Assembly (NCBI GenBank): GCA_965219605.1
Contig: CBDCOC010000004.1
Span: 28,000 to 91,999, forward strand
DNA from: Bryobacterales bacterium
GTDB lineage: Bacteria; Acidobacteriota; Terriglobia; Bryobacterales; UBA6623
Direction: 5' to 3'
Length of the DNA: 64,000 nucleotides
Shown here: piece by piece, positions 54,196-64,000 of the stretch
Layout of the letters: every line of letters begins with the position of its first letter
Position numbering within the stretch: position 1 is the first letter of the stretch
Notes under the pieces: generated by a model
What the model saw: only the letters and a program-made list of their open reading frames with translations
Database searches by the model: none
Told to the model about the DNA's origin: nothing
Translations under genes and position numbers: made by a program

Positions 54196-55943
54196 TCAGC
54201 GCCCGCTGGGAGCGGCGCCAGCTTGCTTGCCGCGCTTCTTTCGCTTGCCGCGCCGCGGCTTGCGATCCAATTCTAACTGCTCTTGGGGCAGTCTGTTCAG
54301 CACGAGCTGCTGGACGATGCCGACGCAGTTGCTCGTCAGCCAGTATAGCACCAGCCCGGCTTGGAACTGGTAGAAGATGAAGCCGAACACCAGCGGCATG
54401 AACTTCATCATGCGCGCTTGCATGGCGTCGGTGGTTGGTGTTGGCGTGAGCGATTGAGACCAGAACTGTGTGGCTACCATGGCCAGCGGCAGGACCCGTA
54501 TCGGGAGTGTCTCGGGATTGGACAGGTCGGACACCCAGAGCCACTCCGCCTGGCGCATTTCGATGGCCACCGTGAGCAGCTGGTAGAAGGCGAAGAAGAA
54601 CGGCATCTGCAGCAGGATCGGCAGGCAGCCGCCCATGGGGTTTGCGTTGTGCTTCTTGTAGAGGGCCTGCAGCTCTTCGTTCTGCTTGGCCTTGCGCGGG
54701 TCGCGCATCGTCACGCCCTTGTAGCGGTTGTTGATCTCCTTGACCAGCGGCTGCAGCTGCTGCATCCTGCGCATCGACTTGGTGCTCTTGTACTTGAGCG
54801 GGAACAGGATCGTGTTGATGATGATCGTGACGATGACGATGCTCCAGCCCCAGTTGGCGGCGATGTTGGCATACACCCAGCGCAGCATCAATACCAGAGG
54901 CTCGGCGATGAAGGCGAAGAATCCGTAGTCGACGATGCCGCGGAAAGCGCCGCCGAGATCGCCGACCTCTGCCAGCGCCGCGCGGCTTTTGGGGCCGACG
55001 TACAGGCGGAAGCGGTTATCCGTCGCGCCGCCGAAAGCAGCGGCCGCGTAGGTCTGCCGCTCGCCAGGGTCGGCGCCCAGCGGCAAGATCTCGATGGCGG
55101 TGGTCTCCACGCGGAGGTCCGTCTCCGGCTCCGGGATGACGGCGGCGGTGAAGAACAGGTCGGCAATGCCCGCGAAAGCGTACGGCCCGGAATGCGTGAC
55201 GCGCTCGTCTTCGGCGTCGGCGGCGGGCACGTACTCGATATCGCCGTCGCTGTAGAAATAGGTCTGGCTATGCGTGGAATTGCCGGCTTGGGAAGTGTCG
55301 CCGAAGCCGCCCCCCCAAGCCAGCAGGTGCCGCTGCGGGCGGCCGGCCTCCGACACTTGGGTCTCGATGCGGACGACGTGCCCGCCGGCCTCGAACGAGA
55401 AGCTTTTGAGGATGCGCAGCCCCTGCTTGGAATATTCGAAGGTCAGCGTCGCGGGGGCGTTGCGCACGCGGGGGCCCGGGTTGACCGCGAACAGCGCCTC
55501 GTCCGCGCCTTCGATCAACTCCCCGCCAGGGCGCAGCAGCCGCAAGGGCATGCCGTAGCGCTTGGCCCCGCTCGCGTGGACCAAGTCAAGCGGATCGCCG
55601 CGCGCGTCGTTGTACTGCTTGAGCTGCCAGCTTGTCACGACCGCGCCGCGGTTGCTGAATTCGACGCGGTAGTTGTCACTCTCGACCACGACCAGTTGCT
55701 CGGATGCGGCCTCGACGGCGGCCTCGTCGGCTGCTATCGGGGCAGCGCTTGCCGGCCCCTGTCCCGGCACTGCTTCGGATCCGCTCCCGGGCGGTGCCTC
55801 GTCGCTGTCCGCGGGCAGTGCCGAGGCTGGCGGTTGCGTGGGTTCGGGGCGCGGGGCCAGGTAGATGTACAGGCCCATCACGGCGGCGGACAGGACAACC
55901 GCCATGAGCATGCGGCGCTGGATGAATTGTTCGTCGTTCACGG
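54196..55943 (-). CDS. yidC: Membrane protein insertase YidC; the probable start is GTG at 55943 (VNDEQFIQRRMLMAVVL...)
   Basis: An N-terminal TM segment and a large periplasmic domain are followed by the conserved 60KD_IMP core (NWGWSIVIVTIIINTILFPL...GCLPILLQMPFFFAFY...YWLTSN). Confidence 0.85.
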
Positions 55944-55945
55944 GC

Positions 55946-56248
55946 TCAGTGGTCCACCTGCCGGAAAGTCTCCGGGACTCGATCGATGCCGCCGCTCGAG
56001 AACGGGTGGCAGCGCGACAGCCGCTGGGCTGCCAGCAGCGCGCCGCGCGCCAAGCCGTGGCGCTCGATGGCCTCGCCGGCATAGTCGGAGCAGGTCGGGT
56101 GAAACCTGCAGGCCGGCGGCAGGAGCGGCGAGACCAGCGCCTTGTAGGCCCGCAGCGCCGCCAGTGCGATGGACTGCGGCACGCTGCGCCGGCAAGGGGC
56201 CGAAGGCTCAGGGGAGCCGTTGCACGGCCTTGGGCAGCATTCGGGCAA
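55946..56248 (-). CDS. yidD: Membrane protein insertion efficiency factor YidD; the true start is probably internal (~56190)
   Basis: [35 protein letters not shown]...[18 protein letters not shown] matches YidD ([26 protein letters not shown]...KRVLKCHPLHPGGDDPVP). Confidence 0.75.
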   Translation of the reverse strand: MPECCPRPCNGSPEPSAPCRRSVPQSIALAALRAYKALVSPLLPPACRFHPTCSDYAGEAIERHGLARGALLAAQRLSRCHPFSSGGIDRVPETFRQVDH

Positions 56249-56645
56249 TCTCGTTCTCCACTTCTCGGGCCTGCGCTGCGGGGAGACCGTGGCGGGCGTG
56301 CAGCACTATGTCAAGGCCGGCCGGCAGCACATGCCAGTGCTTGCGGACGGCTTCGCGCAACAGGCGCTTGCAGCGGTTCCTGACGACGGAGTTGCCGATC
56401 TTTCGCGTGACCGTGAGGCCGACCCGGGCCGGGCGCTCCGGAGCGGCTGGCAGCGCGAAGATCGCGACTAGCCGGGAGCCGACCCGAACACCTCCATCAT
56501 AGACCGCTCGGAAGTCGGCGCGCTTGAGGATGCGCCGCTGCCTCGGAAATCCAGCGTCGACATGCGGATCTGCCGCCCGGACAGCGCTACTCGTCGCTGA
56601 CAGTGAGGCGCTTACGCCCCTTGGCGCGGCGGGCTGCGAGCACAC
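56208..56645 (-). CDS. rnpA: RNase P protein component RnpA; the true start is probably at or below 56586
   Basis: LKRADF...[28 protein letters not shown] matches the RnpA core (R.G..VSKKVG.AV.RNR.KR..RE). Confidence 0.75.
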   Translation of the reverse strand: MCSQPAAPRGVSASLSATSSAVRAADPHVDAGFPRQRRILKRADFRAVYDGGVRVGSRLVAIFALPAAPERPARVGLTVTRKIGNSVVRNRCKRLLREAVRKHWHVLPAGLDIVLHARHGLPAAQAREVENEIARMLPKAVQRLP

Positions 56646-56733
56646 GTCGTCCCCCCGGTGTTCTCATGCGGACGCGGAAGCCGTGCGTTTTGGCCCGCTT
56701 GCGCCGGTTCGGCTGGTAAGTTCTCTTCGGCAT
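56587..56733 (-). CDS. rpmH: 50S ribosomal protein L34
   Basis: [45 protein letters not shown] is near-canonical L34. Confidence 0.9.
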   Translation of the reverse strand: MPKRTYQPNRRKRAKTHGFRVRMRTPGGRRVLAARRAKGRKRLTVSDE

Positions 56734-56847
56734 GGTCTGCCCTGTTCGTTCGGCTTCGCCCGGGCGCGCAGCGCCCCGGTTCCCTAAAGTCACAGCTTAG
56801 CACAGCGGTGCCGGCAGGAGGGAAGCGCGATTTGCCCGGATCCTGCA

Positions 56848-58211
56848 TGCGGGCTATGCTGGTTGCTCGCATGCAGCGGTTTCTGCTTGCCTTGACGCTG
56901 GCCGCCTGCCCCTTGCCGGCCCAAGTCGCGCGCCTGGCCGAAGGCGGCGCGCTGAAAATGCTCTATGACAGCCGCATGTACCCCCAGGCGGTTGTGGCCG
57001 GAGGGCGCTTGCACGCGGTCTGGCGGGGCGCCGGGGGGCTACCTTGGATTCGCTCCTACAGCCTCGCCGAGCGCAAGTTCTCCGCACCGCGCATGCTGCT
57101 AGCGGGTACCGGCATCGAGATTGACGCCGAGCGCTTCGCACGGGACCAGCACTACGCGCCGATCATCTGGGCCGACGGGGACGGTCGCCTGCATGTGGCC
57201 TTCGGCTTCCATCGCACGGCCGGCTATCACCTGGCGGCGAGCCGGCCCGGCAGCGTCGATGCTTGGGAACGGCTGCCGGAGATATCGGACTCGGTGTCCT
57301 ATCCGCAGGCGCACAGCCTCCCGGATGGCAGGACGTTGGTGTATTTCCGCGAGAGCGGCCACCTGGGGTTCTGGACCTACCGCACGTCGGACGACGGCGG
57401 CCGGACTTGGCAGGGGCTGGCGGAACCCGTGATCGATATGGATGCCCCGCCGCGCGAGTCGCCACTGGCGAGACACGCAGGGTCGTACCAGACCACGCAA
57501 GTCAGCGCAGACGGGAGCACCCTGCACATCGCCTTTATCTGGAAGGTGGAGGAGCCCATCGCCAGCCAGCGATATGGATCCGTGCTGCATGACTACACGC
57601 GCCGCCACAACCTCTACTACGTGCGGGCCGATCTCGCATCCGGCCAGGTTTTCAACGCGCGCGGCCGGCGATTGCCCAGGCCGGTGAACTTCGCCACCGC
57701 CCAGCGGCACTGCTTGGTGCTGGATACCGAGGGCGGCAGCGCATCGGTCGGCCCCTCGATCGCGCTCGGCCCCCGCGGGGAGCCGAACTTCCTGCTGCCC
57801 GTATCGGGCAAGACGCCTTACGCTTCCAAGTTCTATTTCGTCCGCATGCAGGACGGCAAGTGGGACAAGACGCCACTCGCTGCGACCGGGCACCCGTTCA
57901 ACTCGGCCCATTTAGCGGCCCGCGCTGATGGGTCTTTCCAAGCCTTCCTGATCGCCGGGGAGGGCGAGGCCAGAGAGGACACGCTGATGAACAGCTACGG
58001 CTGGGGCGATCGCGTCGAGGAGTGGGTGTCGGACAGGGGCGGCGTCCGCTGGAGGCGTTCCGAAGACCTGACCCCAGAGCCGGGGCTGCGCTACCAAGGC
58101 GTCAAATTCGTGCGGGGCGCAGACGGGCGGAGCGTGGCCGGCCTGCTGCTGTTCTACGCTTGGCAGGGAACCGGCGGCGGCTCAGCCTTCTTGCTGGACC
58201 GGCGCGACTAG
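56848..58211 (+). CDS. Secreted BNR/sialidase-fold repeat protein (BNR_4-like)
   Basis: Signal peptide MRAMLVARMQRFLLALTLAACPLPAQ. The BNR motif SDDGGRTW is present. The long ORF in the supplied track that starts at 56658 is an upstream out-of-frame extension. Confidence 0.6.
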
Positions 58212-58232
58212 CCCGCGGCTCGCCAGGCGGTT

Positions 58233-58685
58233 TCAGTCGGACTCGAGGGCGTGGATTGCCTGCACGAACTGGCGCTCGTTCTGGAAGTCGAGGTAGACCG
58301 AGGCGAAGCGAACGTAGGCCACCCGATCGACCAGCTTCAGCTCCCGCATGAGCAGTTCTCCGATCGCGCTGGTGGGGCACTCGCCGTCTAGCGACCCCGT
58401 CACCAAGGTTTCGGCCGCGCCGACCAAGGCCTCTATTTTCGCCATCGGGACGGGCCGCTTCTCGCAAGCCCGCATGATCCCTTGCAGCACCTTCTTCCGG
58501 TCGAACCGTTCGCGATGGAGATTCTTCTTTACCACCATGAAGGGAAGTTCTGCGACGCGCTCGTAGGTTGTGAAGCGGCGCTTGCAGGCCAGGCAATCAC
58601 GGCGGCGCCGAATCACTTCATCCCCCTGGGTCGTGCGGGAGTCGACCACTTTGTTATTCGGGTGGCTGCAGTAAGGACAGAGCAC
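58233..58685 (-). CDS. nrdR: Transcriptional repressor NrdR
   Basis: MLCPYCSHPNNKVVDSR...CLACKRRFTTYE zinc ribbon plus an ATP-cone domain. Confidence 0.9.
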   Translation of the reverse strand: MLCPYCSHPNNKVVDSRTTQGDEVIRRRRDCLACKRRFTTYERVAELPFMVVKKNLHRERFDRKKVLQGIMRACEKRPVPMAKIEALVGAAETLVTGSLDGECPTSAIGELLMRELKLVDRVAYVRFASVYLDFQNERQFVQAIHALESD

Positions 58686-59337
58686 GGTGAAGCGACCGGC
58701 TAGCGCCGGAACTAAAATTCTAGCCGCTTGCGCCTAGGCCTTCTTGTCACGCGCCGAAGTTGGCAGTGCGGCCAGGCAAGAGACACCGGGCGGCTTCTCG
58801 TCGGGAGTAGCCGGCCGCGCTCGCCGCTCCCCTGCATCCAGCCGTCAGCACTCGCGTACTCCAAGGACTTGGCCGCGTGCCCCGCTGCGTCGTCAGCGGC
58901 GACTCCGCCTCCGTCGCGAAGCCCGGCACTTTGCCGTCCTCCTACGCCCAAGCCCCCCTCCCGCGCGCATGGCCAGCACGTCCGGCTACGGCCGGGCCCG
59001 ATTGCCGCCACATTGCAATTCGCTGGCTGCCAGCACATCCACGCGACCCCGGAAATGTCACTCCAATCCAGATGTGGCGCACCGGGCAACGGCCTGCTTT
59101 CAAAGGCCATCGTCGGGGCCGAGGAGCGGGCCGCTCACGCGAAGTTGCGGGTCACTTTGAACGCTTGGGTCTTGGGATGCACGCTCTCGCGCTGCTGTAG
59201 ACAGCCTATGATCCCGAACTCGCAGACCGCCAGCAGTCTCTGGCAGCGCCCCGAGCGCACTGTTCCAAGACGCTGCACAAGAACTCGCTGCGGTCGCGGC
59301 CGCCCTCTGCAACAGACCGCCTGATATACTTTCGGGC

Positions 59338-61179
59338 ATGTTCGCTAGAATTGCGCTCTTGGCCGCGTTTGCCTGTGCGTCGGCCAACGCCGCCCAGCCC
59401 AACATCTTGTGGCTCAGCTCAGAGGACAACGGGCCGCAACTAGGAATCTACGGGGACGAATACGCGGACACGCCGAACCTTGACGACCTAGGCTCCAAGG
59501 GCATGATCTATCGTCATGCCTGGTCAACGGCCCCGGTGTGCGCCCCGGCGCGCACGACCATTATCAGCGGGATGTACCCCCCGTCGCTCGGAGCGCAGCA
59601 CATGCGCTCTATGACACGGCTGCCGGCCTCCATGCGCATGTTTCCCCAATACTTGCGAGACGCCGGCTATTACGCCTCCAACAACGCCAAGGAAGACTAC
59701 AACCTAGAGAAGCCCGGCAAGGTCTGGGACGAGTCCGGCGGCAAGGCGCACTGGCGCAAGCGAGCGCCGGGCCAGCCGTTCTTTTCCGTGTTCAATTTCA
59801 CGGTCACGCACGAATCCCGGATCCGCCGCCGGCCGCACGTGCCCGTTCATGACCCCGCCCGGGCGCCCGTGCCGGCCTACCATCCCGACACTGAAGAGAG
59901 CCGCGCCGACTGGGCCCAGTATTACGACAAGGTCAGCGAAATGGACGCGCTGGCAGGCCGTGTGCTGGCTGAGTTGCGCGAAGACGGGCTTGAGGAGGAA
60001 ACGATCGTCTTGTACTGGGCCGACCACGGCCCCGGCATGCCGCGCGGCAAGCGCTGGACCTACAATTCAGGCCTTCATGTCCCGCTCATCCTCTACATTC
60101 CGGAACGCTTCAAGCAGCTACGCCCGCCCGAATACGCCGCTGGCGGCGAGAGCGAGCGCTTGGTCGGTTTTGTTGACTTCGCGCCGACCGTCCTGAGCCT
60201 GGCTGGCATTGAGCCGCCCGCGCACTTGCAAGGCCACGCCTTTGCCGGGGAGTTCGTCGCGCCCCCCCAGCCCTATGCCTACGGTTTTCGCGGCAGGATG
60301 GACGAGCGCTACGACATGGTCCGCAGCGTCTCCGACGGCCGTTTCGTCTACATCCGCAACTTCATGCCCCACCGCATCTACGGACAGTACATCCAGTACA
60401 TGTTCCAGACCCCGACCACGGCGGTTTGGCACCGGCTTTACCAGGCCGGCCTGCTGCGCCCGCCGCGGACCCATTTCTGGGAAGTAAAGCCGGCCGAAGA
60501 GCTCTACGACTTGGACCGCGACCCGGACGAGACGCGCAACTTGGCATCCAGCCCCCAGTACAGCCAAGATCTCGAGCGCTTGCGGGAGGCCCGCCGCGAG
60601 TGGTCGCTTGCGATCCGCGATCTCGGCTTCCTTCCCGAGAGCGCGATTCACGCCCGGGCGGGGAATGACGCTCCGTATTCGATGGGCGCTAATCCGGGAC
60701 GCTTCCCGATGGCTCGCATCATGCGCATGGCTGAGTTGGCGTCATCCATGGAAGGCGGGGCGGAAGCTGACTTGCGCCGAGGGTTTGACGATAGCGACAG
60801 CGCGGTCCGCTATTGGGCGGCCATGGGCGCCCTCGTGCGCGGCCGCGACGGCGTGGAGGCACTCGCCGGCCCGCTGCGGGCGGCACTGGACGACGCCGAT
60901 CCCGCAGTCCGTATCGCAGCGGGCGAAGCACTCGGGCGCTATGGCCGCGAGGCCGACGCCGAACGCGCGCTGGAAGTGCTGGTGCGGCATGCCGACACCC
61001 GCCAGCACGGCCTGTTCGCTGCGATGGCCGCGCTCAACGCGCTGGACTACATGGAGGAGCGAGCCAGCCCGGCGCTGGAGCGGATCTTGGCCGTGCCGCA
61101 GGAAGATCCGCGCTATGGCTCGCGCTTTCGCCCCTACTTGCCGAACCTGATCAGCAAGATCCGGGCCGATGCGGAATAG
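59338..61179 (+). CDS. Sulfatase family protein with C-terminal HEAT-repeat domain, secreted
   Basis: Signal peptide. The formylglycine motif is CAPARTTIISGMYP. The C-terminal ~170 aa has HEAT-like repeats (DSDSAVRYWAAMGAL, DADPAVRIAAGEALG). Confidence 0.8.
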   Translation: MFARIALLAAFACASANAAQPNILWLSSEDNGPQLGIYGDEYADTPNLDDLGSKGMIYRHAWSTAPVCAPARTTIISGMYPPSLGAQHMRSMTRLPASMRMFPQYLRDAGYYASNNAKEDYNLEKPGKVWDESGGKAHWRKRAPGQPFFSVFNFTVTHESRIRRRPHVPVHDPARAPVPAYHPDTEESRADWAQYYDKVSEMDALAGRVLAELREDGLEEETIVLYWADHGPGMPRGKRWTYNSGLHVPLILYIPERFKQLRPPEYAAGGESERLVGFVDFAPTVLSLAGIEPPAHLQGHAFAGEFVAPPQPYAYGFRGRMDERYDMVRSVSDGRFVYIRNFMPHRIYGQYIQYMFQTPTTAVWHRLYQAGLLRPPRTHFWEVKPAEELYDLDRDPDETRNLASSPQYSQDLERLREARREWSLAIRDLGFLPESAIHARAGNDAPYSMGANPGRFPMARIMRMAELASSMEGGAEADLRRGFDDSDSAVRYWAAMGALVRGRDGVEALAGPLRAALDDADPAVRIAAGEALGRYGREADAERALEVLVRHADTRQHGLFAAMAALNALDYMEERASPALERILAVPQEDPRYGSRFRPYLPNLISKIRADAE

Positions 61180-61254
61180 ACGGCACGGCTGGCCTGCCAG
61201 AAGAGCAGCCGTGTTCCCGGCCCCTTTGCGGGCTTCGAGCTAGCGTAGACGCAG

Positions 61255-61974
61255 ATGCCTCTTTCTCGGAACCCGGTCCCCTTGCGCGAGCGGCTCATCT
61301 TCGCCATGGATGTGCCCGATGCGGCTTCCGCGCTTGCCTTGGCGGAGCGGCTGGGCGACTCGGTCTGGTTTTACAAGCTGGGCCTTGAGCTGTTCATGGC
61401 GGGCGGATACTTCGAACTTGTCGAGCAGCTCACGCGCCTGGGCAAGAAGGTGTTCGTGGATCTGAAGTTCTTCGACGTGCCCGAAACGGTCGGCCGGGCA
61501 GTCCGGCGGCTCAGCGGCCGGGGCGTGGCCTGTTGCACGGTGCATGGCAACGATGCGATGCTGGCCGCCGCCTGCGCCAGCCGGGGCGATGTCAAGATCT
61601 TGGCAGTCACGGCGCTGACAAGCCTGGACCGGGGCGATTTGGACGATCTTGGCTTTGCCTGCGATCCCCGCGAGCTCGTTCTCTCGCGGGCTCGGCGCGC
61701 GTTCGAGATCGGTTGCGATGGCGTGATTTCCTCGGGGCTGGAAGCTGCGGCGCTGCGCCAGCACGTAGACGATCGCCTGCTGGTCATCACGCCAGGAATT
61801 CGGCCCGTGGAAAACCGGTCGGCCGACGATCAAAAACGCACTGTCAATGTGCGCCAAGCGTTCTTGAACGGAGCTGATCACATCGTTGTGGGCCGACCGA
61901 TCCGGAATGCAGCCGACCCGCAGGCCGCGGCGGAGTCGATCCAGCGCACGATCAGCGAGGTCTTCGCCGGCTGA
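61255..61974 (+). CDS. pyrF: Orotidine 5'-phosphate decarboxylase
   Basis: FAMDVPD...KLGLELF...VFVDLKFFDVPETV...ITPGIRP is the conserved OMPdecase set (catalytic DxKxxD). Confidence 0.9.
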   Translation: MPLSRNPVPLRERLIFAMDVPDAASALALAERLGDSVWFYKLGLELFMAGGYFELVEQLTRLGKKVFVDLKFFDVPETVGRAVRRLSGRGVACCTVHGNDAMLAAACASRGDVKILAVTALTSLDRGDLDDLGFACDPRELVLSRARRAFEIGCDGVISSGLEAAALRQHVDDRLLVITPGIRPVENRSADDQKRTVNVRQAFLNGADHIVVGRPIRNAADPQAAAESIQRTISEVFAG

Positions 61975-62493
61975 AAAGTGAAGAAAAGCCATGCTGCGCT
62001 CACTGTCATCACCGCTAATCCGAAGTTCCAAGAGACTCTTCCAATGCGAAATGAGACTGAAGAGCGGGGTTGTTCCAACGGGAAGTAGACTAAAGGGCCT
62101 CGCGAGGGGATTTGGGAAGCATGGTTGCGTCAGGACAAGTCTTGGAGGGAAGGAAAGCCAATGAGCTGAAACTTCTCGCAGCGAGCCAGCGGGTTCGACT
62201 CCTGTCCGGCAAAGGTGCAGCCCAGCAGCCGCGAGTGAGTGTTGCATGGCCTCTGGTAACGCAGGTCGTGAAGCTTACGCAACGGGCGGCGAAGCGCCGG
62301 TATCGAGACTCGCAATCCTCCTTGTCGGTGCCTTCAGCGTCCATTGCCTTGGGGAGCAGCACCGCCAGAGCCGCTAAGGGCAAGGCGCTGGGGGATCGGC
62401 CGGGGACCGAGAGGAAGTGAGGCACCTGCTGTTCGCGGCTATCCGCACGAAGTAGGGCGGGACACTGCGGCAAAACGGATGCTATAGGAGACG

Positions 62494-62527
62494 GGGAGAG
62501 GAGGTCGTTACCGAGACTCCTCTCCCT
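62494..62527 (+). other. Perfect 10-bp-stem hairpin (GGGAGAGGAG ... CTCCTCTCCC, 14-nt loop) in the leader upstream of the cas-like operon
   Basis: Read directly from the sequence. No T-tract follows, so it is not a classical intrinsic terminator. Confidence 0.5.
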
Positions 62528-62655
62528 GGCCAGCCGTCTCGAGCATGCCTACAGAGGGTAGCGCGGCTGCGCCCCTTTCCCGAGTACCACCTCCCCAACT
62601 GGGTGTATCATGAATTCACTCTCACTTCTTCTGCCCGACCACCTTCAGTCGCATT

Positions 62656-63912
62656 TTGGGATCGGAAAGGAATCTGATACGCTATAGTAGTTTAATGAAA
62701 GGTGGAGATTTTCCGGTGAACGACACGCTTGATCTCAACATGATTCTGTTGGCCTGCGCCGACGACGGGCTCGACGATGGCATTCGCATTGACACCAACC
62801 TCGAACCAATAGCAGGGGAGGGTTCTCCAGTAAAGCCTGCCGTTTACGAGGGCGGCGTCTACCAAGAAGATCGCCGCTGGGCCAATCCCACTGATACTGA
62901 GCCCACCAGAGTCATCGTCATCGATAACGTCCCGTCGCAGGCCAACCGCTTGGAGGACGCTCTTCGACGGCATCGGAAGGCCACCGGTGTACCCGAATTC
63001 GTACTCGACCTCTCCGGGGTCAATGGGTTGCCTGCACATTTGCCTCGACGCCTGTCAAGCCTGTGGTTTCCGCACCGAAACGCCGATGCGTACCTTCGCG
63101 ACGCGATGCTCGGCGACATTGATTTTATGAAATCAGAAATCGGAACAGCCATCTTCGGTGCCACCGCGCAGACCTGCGGTCCGCTGATTGCTTGGTTTCC
63201 GCAGGCTCTGCTGTACGGGTTCTGGCAGTCCCATCTAGGCAAGAAACGAGCCAACACGAAGCACGCACGGGCTTGGGTGTCTGAGATTGTCGGTTGGAAT
63301 CCCGCCTCCCCCGATGTCGTCAAGGTGCTCGGCTTGAAGGGCGACCCACTTAACCTTAACACTGATGAGACGATCAACTCGAATCCTGACGACCGCACGG
63401 CGTGGACCGTCGGGGTGAAGGCAATCGAAGGCGGCAAGAAAGACAAGCTCTCGAAGATCGGCCACGGGCAGGTACCTTTCATGGAGGGCGATGCCTCGGC
63501 GGGCAGCGTTTCTTTCGTGCGGGTCACACAGCGAGCCACGGTCTCGTTCGCGCAGCTTCGCAGGATCAGTCTCGGACAGGATTCCCGCGATGGCGACACA
63601 GCGACGCGCGCTTTGCTAGTAGCGCTCGGGCTGCACGCCCACCAGTTGGCGTTTGGCAGTGGATTCACGCTTCGTTCAGGGGCAGATTTCCGCCCCCGGA
63701 ACGTCACGGGGACGTGGCTCGGTGCCAGTGCGGATGCGCAGATCTCTTTGGGTGCGGCTACTGACTCCGGGAGGCTTCTCATGCACGCTCTCGAGCACGC
63801 GAGGGCAGTTGGTGTTCCCCTAGATGGCTGGACACGCGACGAAGTAGTCCTCTCACCCAAAGACAATCTTCTAAGGGCGATCAACGCCACTTGGCCGGGG
63901 TTCGCAGACTGA
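62656..63912 (+). CDS. csb1: Putative type I-G (I-U) Cas7, Csb1/GSU0053-family
   Basis: The blocks ...PVKPAVYEGGVY...RVIVIDNVPSQANRLEDAL and ALLYGFWQSHLG...ARAWVSEIVG fit my recollection of conserved cas7_GSU0053 motifs (V.LDSVQSQANRME; ALLFG.WDS; ARALVSEIVG). This is recalled rather than aligned. The true start may be Met 62695. Confidence 0.5.
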   Translation: MGSERNLIRYSSLMKGGDFPVNDTLDLNMILLACADDGLDDGIRIDTNLEPIAGEGSPVKPAVYEGGVYQEDRRWANPTDTEPTRVIVIDNVPSQANRLEDALRRHRKATGVPEFVLDLSGVNGLPAHLPRRLSSLWFPHRNADAYLRDAMLGDIDFMKSEIGTAIFGATAQTCGPLIAWFPQALLYGFWQSHLGKKRANTKHARAWVSEIVGWNPASPDVVKVLGLKGDPLNLNTDETINSNPDDRTAWTVGVKAIEGGKKDKLSKIGHGQVPFMEGDASAGSVSFVRVTQRATVSFAQLRRISLGQDSRDGDTATRALLVALGLHAHQLAFGSGFTLRSGADFRPRNVTGTWLGASADAQISLGAATDSGRLLMHALEHARAVGVPLDGWTRDEVVLSPKDNLLRAINATWPGFAD

Positions 63913-64000
63913 TGCTTGCCATTTCGGTAGAATTCCTGCACGGCACTTTCCGTGGCGATCCCGACGGGACGGCCAAAACAGCTGTTCTGTCGCGGGGGGA
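63912..64000 (+). CDS. csb2: Start of a Csb2-like (Cas5/6 fusion) gene, truncated by the window end
   Basis: The ATG overlaps the upstream stop (TGATG). The N-terminus MLAISVEFLHGTFRGDPDG resembles the Csb2 N-terminus (hydrophobic beta-strand then GRYHATPWG). Confidence 0.4.
   Translation, partial: MLAISVEFLHGTFRGDPDGTAKTAVLSRG

Noticed and set aside
54361-56502. 713-aa plus-strand ORF antisense to yidC, yidD and rnpA
   Set aside because: Antisense to three well-supported conserved genes. Composition is typical of GC-frame artefacts.
56734-56850. dnaA or oriC adjacent to rpmH
   Set aside because: No dnaA gene flanks rpmH. A BNR protein gene is divergent instead. No TTATCCACA-like DnaA boxes were seen in the intergenic region.

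Overview
This is a high-GC chromosomal window, probably Acidobacteriota. The taxonomic call is an inference from a TonB-dependent receptor with an N-terminal carboxypeptidase-regulatory-like domain, a Planctomycete/Acidobacteria-style giant haem protein, and sulfatases with C-terminal HEAT repeats. Many of the ORFs in the supplied six-frame track are spurious alternate-frame or antisense ORFs of the kind high-GC DNA produces. The real gene content is as follows. (i) 1-1998 holds the 3' part of a tricorn-like S41 protease. (ii) About 2.0-12.8 kb is an accessory, IS-saturated region with six parts. It has an IS110-family element split by a nested ISAs1-family insertion. It has an overlapping Gp37/Gp68 (DUF5131, three-Cys) plus TcmP gene pair. 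It has a degraded RelE/HigB-like toxin and an IS5-like remnant. It has an AAA+ ATPase with a C-terminal PD-(D/E)XK nuclease. It has a 30-bp solo IS110 right end. It has an IS4/Tn5-like transposase remnant. (iii) 12.8-18.0 kb carries a membrane protein, an 8-haem c-type cytochrome and a secreted beta-helix protein. (iv) 18.3-20.4 kb is a scrambled mobile patch with four parts. It has an IS630-family HTH remnant. It has a 1.29-kb element bounded by terminal inverted repeats (TIR) and flanked by 27-bp direct repeats. Inside that element is a small secreted-protein gene whose start carries a 17-nt poly-C tract. It also has copy a of a novel ~240-bp MITE family. (v) 20.4-26.1 kb pairs a TonB-dependent receptor with a downstream TbpB-like handle/barrel protein. 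(vi) 26.2-33.5 kb is an SPFH cluster with four components. It has hflK and hflC. It has a second IS110-family element. It has a perfect 3x75-bp tandem repeat. It has an unusual P1B-type ATPase fused to a C-terminal SPFH domain. (vii) 33.7-41.4 kb has a 1642-aa secreted multidomain haem protein, a YpdA-like oxidoreductase and a sulfatase. (viii) 41.4-44.7 kb is a small junk island that starts at a tRNA 3'-end fragment. It carries MITE copies b and c, a higB pseudogene with intact higA, an IS110 3' remnant and an intact vapBC. (ix) 44.7-61.9 kb is housekeeping with nine named elements. It has a DUF1295 protein, a GMC oxidoreductase, a class V aminotransferase and an M48 protease. It has a glmS homolog with a degenerate glutaminase site. 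It has purS. It has the rpmH-rnpA-yidD-yidC-jag-mnmE cluster. It has a BNR protein, nrdR and a sulfatase-HEAT protein. It has pyrF. (x) 62.0-64.0 kb drops in GC and begins what looks like a type I-G (I-U) CRISPR-Cas operon: a Csb1-like Cas7, then the start of a Csb2-like gene. The locus is cut by the window edge and no array is visible. The most interesting candidates for an uncharacterised system are the DUF5131/TcmP cassette in the IS island, the ATPase-SPFH fusion cluster, and the poly-C-gated secreted gene carried on a TIR element.
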